DNA of 62,703 bases, the filler included, from Rhabdomonas costata (taxonomy: Eukaryota), in assembly GCA_019059605.1 (NCBI GenBank). It is 42 parts of 42 records of this genome, joined end to end, with 100 filler letters (N's around TTAATTAATTAA, not from the genome) between each part and the next. Parts side by side here need not be neighbours in the genome. Positions count along the whole stretch, not along the records: positions 61,310 to 62,703 come from JAHMHO010017201.1; 41 more parts are not named here. One strand, written 5' to 3'. This document shows positions 61,423-62,703 of the stretch, piece by piece (within the stretch, counting starts at the first letter, position 1; each line of letters begins with the position of its first letter). The position numbers and the translations under genes were made by a program. The notes beneath the pieces are model-generated. The model saw only the letters and a list, made by a program, of their open reading frames with translations. It was not told the origin of the DNA and ran no database searches.

Positions 61423-62257
61423 ACACCAAAGAGCGTGAAGCACAAACTCGACAGTCTTGATAATGATTGAAGTCATCATGCCTTCTGTAGGGCTCAGCAC
61501 CCGCTCCAGAACTGCTGGCGATCGAGGTCGCGAGTATGGGAGCAAGCTACATCGCTTACAGGAAATTTTGTTTGAATACCCCTACCCCTGCCCTTTCTTT
61601 GCAGGGGATGCCTCTGGGTGTGAGAACAGGACCAATTTGCGAAAGCAGAACGCAGGGGGTTTGTACTTTTCTTCTGGAATTTTTTTGTTGCCCTTTTATG
61701 TGTTCATAACTAGCGTTTATGATGACCACACGCCCCGTCCTTTTTTTTGATGGGGTCTGCTAATGATGAGCCTGTTTAGAAAAGAATGGTTTCCGAGGGT
61801 CACTAAGTTCAGCCCCTTCCCCAGCTAGCAATCAACCTCCCTCCTCAAAACCAAAGGCTTGAAATGCCGAGCAAACAGGACAGCTAGCCTCGTCCCCTGA
61901 CTTCTTCACGACCGAAACTTCCAACGAAAGGTATTCAGATTTCAGCAGTACAGATTTCAGCCTTTGGGGGGAATGGTGAGCTCGCTGCATACTCGGTGCA
62001 GAACCAGGCACCGTCGCAGCCCTCGCACACCACGGATGGGGTGCGCACCCCGCAGAACTCGCAGAACCGTGAGCCCGCCGCGGTGTACACGCAGGAGCGC
62101 TGGTGGTGCGCCATCTTGGGCCCGCGGTGCTGGTCCGCGTCGCAGTCCTTGCACAGCACCGCCCCGCAACACGGCGCGAAGGTGCACAGGAACAGCCCCG
62201 GGTGCTCCATGCACATGTCGCACGGGAGCTGCTGCTGCGACGAGATGCGGTGCTCGC
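61345..62257 (-). CDS. Tandem B-box zinc-finger protein, exons 61993-62257 and 61389-~61345
   Basis: CDMC...C..CC..LCKDCD..QH....AHHQR and CEFC...CEGC...FCTE|CNLLKH....AHHQ; a phase-2 GT-AG intron completes the second B-box. Confidence 0.85.
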
Positions 62258-62703
62258 CTGGAGAGAGTGCGTAAAATTCCGCGCGATGGAACATCCAGGC
62301 TCAGTTCTTCACCATATCAAGAGACCACGGGCCAGTTGACTAGGTGGTTAGTGTCCCCGAGTTGAGGAGGTTCTGAGTCGCGTCTTTGGGTTCGGGTTTC
62401 GCCTTCTGCCTTCGCTTTCGGGTTCCTTCTTCTCTCTTCGGGGTTCAGCATCTCGGGAGTATACGACCAGCAAAGAATACGCCCCTGCGAGGGGGGCCCC
62501 ATTCCCACTAGGCATATACTCCATACCCCTCCATCACTCCTGCATCTGGCATTCTTCTTCCACATAGAGTATTTCTTGCGTATTTCTCTTCCCCTAAGCC
62601 CTCCAACATGCACCCTATCCCGATACAAGGCTGGTACCCCCTCCCTATTGCCCCTACCCCTGAGGGTCACGCAGTGGGCCGAAGGGGTAGCTGGAGGACC
62701 CCC

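Overview
This window is not a continuous locus. It is 42 unlinked contigs of about 1,393-1,397 bp, apparently length-sorted, joined by 41 artificial 100-nt spacers (N44-TTAATTAATTAA-N44). Most contigs start with G/T-only and end with A/C-only tails, and four end in fold-back hairpins, as expected from whole-genome amplification with G/T degenerate primers. The DNA is from an intron-rich eukaryote with short GC-rich exons, GT-AG introns with very weak donors, several likely GC donors and one GA-donor candidate. A euglenozoan protist such as a euglenid is my inference, not a proven assignment. Recognisable gene fragments: RPL30, RNF32, mitochondrial uL15m, an HPP-family transporter, an ankyrin-repeat protein, B-box, ZZ/C1-like, SAM, WWE and laminin-EGF domains, and receptor-like TM/HAMP pieces. 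Mobile-element remnants are CRE/SLACS-like non-LTR pieces and a probable Merlin (IS1595-like) transposase. No multi-gene system can be inferred, because neighbouring contigs are not linked. The best single-gene leads are an intronless ADP-ribosyltransferase fused to a receiver domain (15584-16348), an intron-containing MddA-like methyltransferase (52395-53728), an intronless bacterial-like membrane protein (49581-50105) and non-GT splice donors. No rRNA, tRNA or CRISPR array was recognised. All family calls are by-eye motif recognition; no database search was run.
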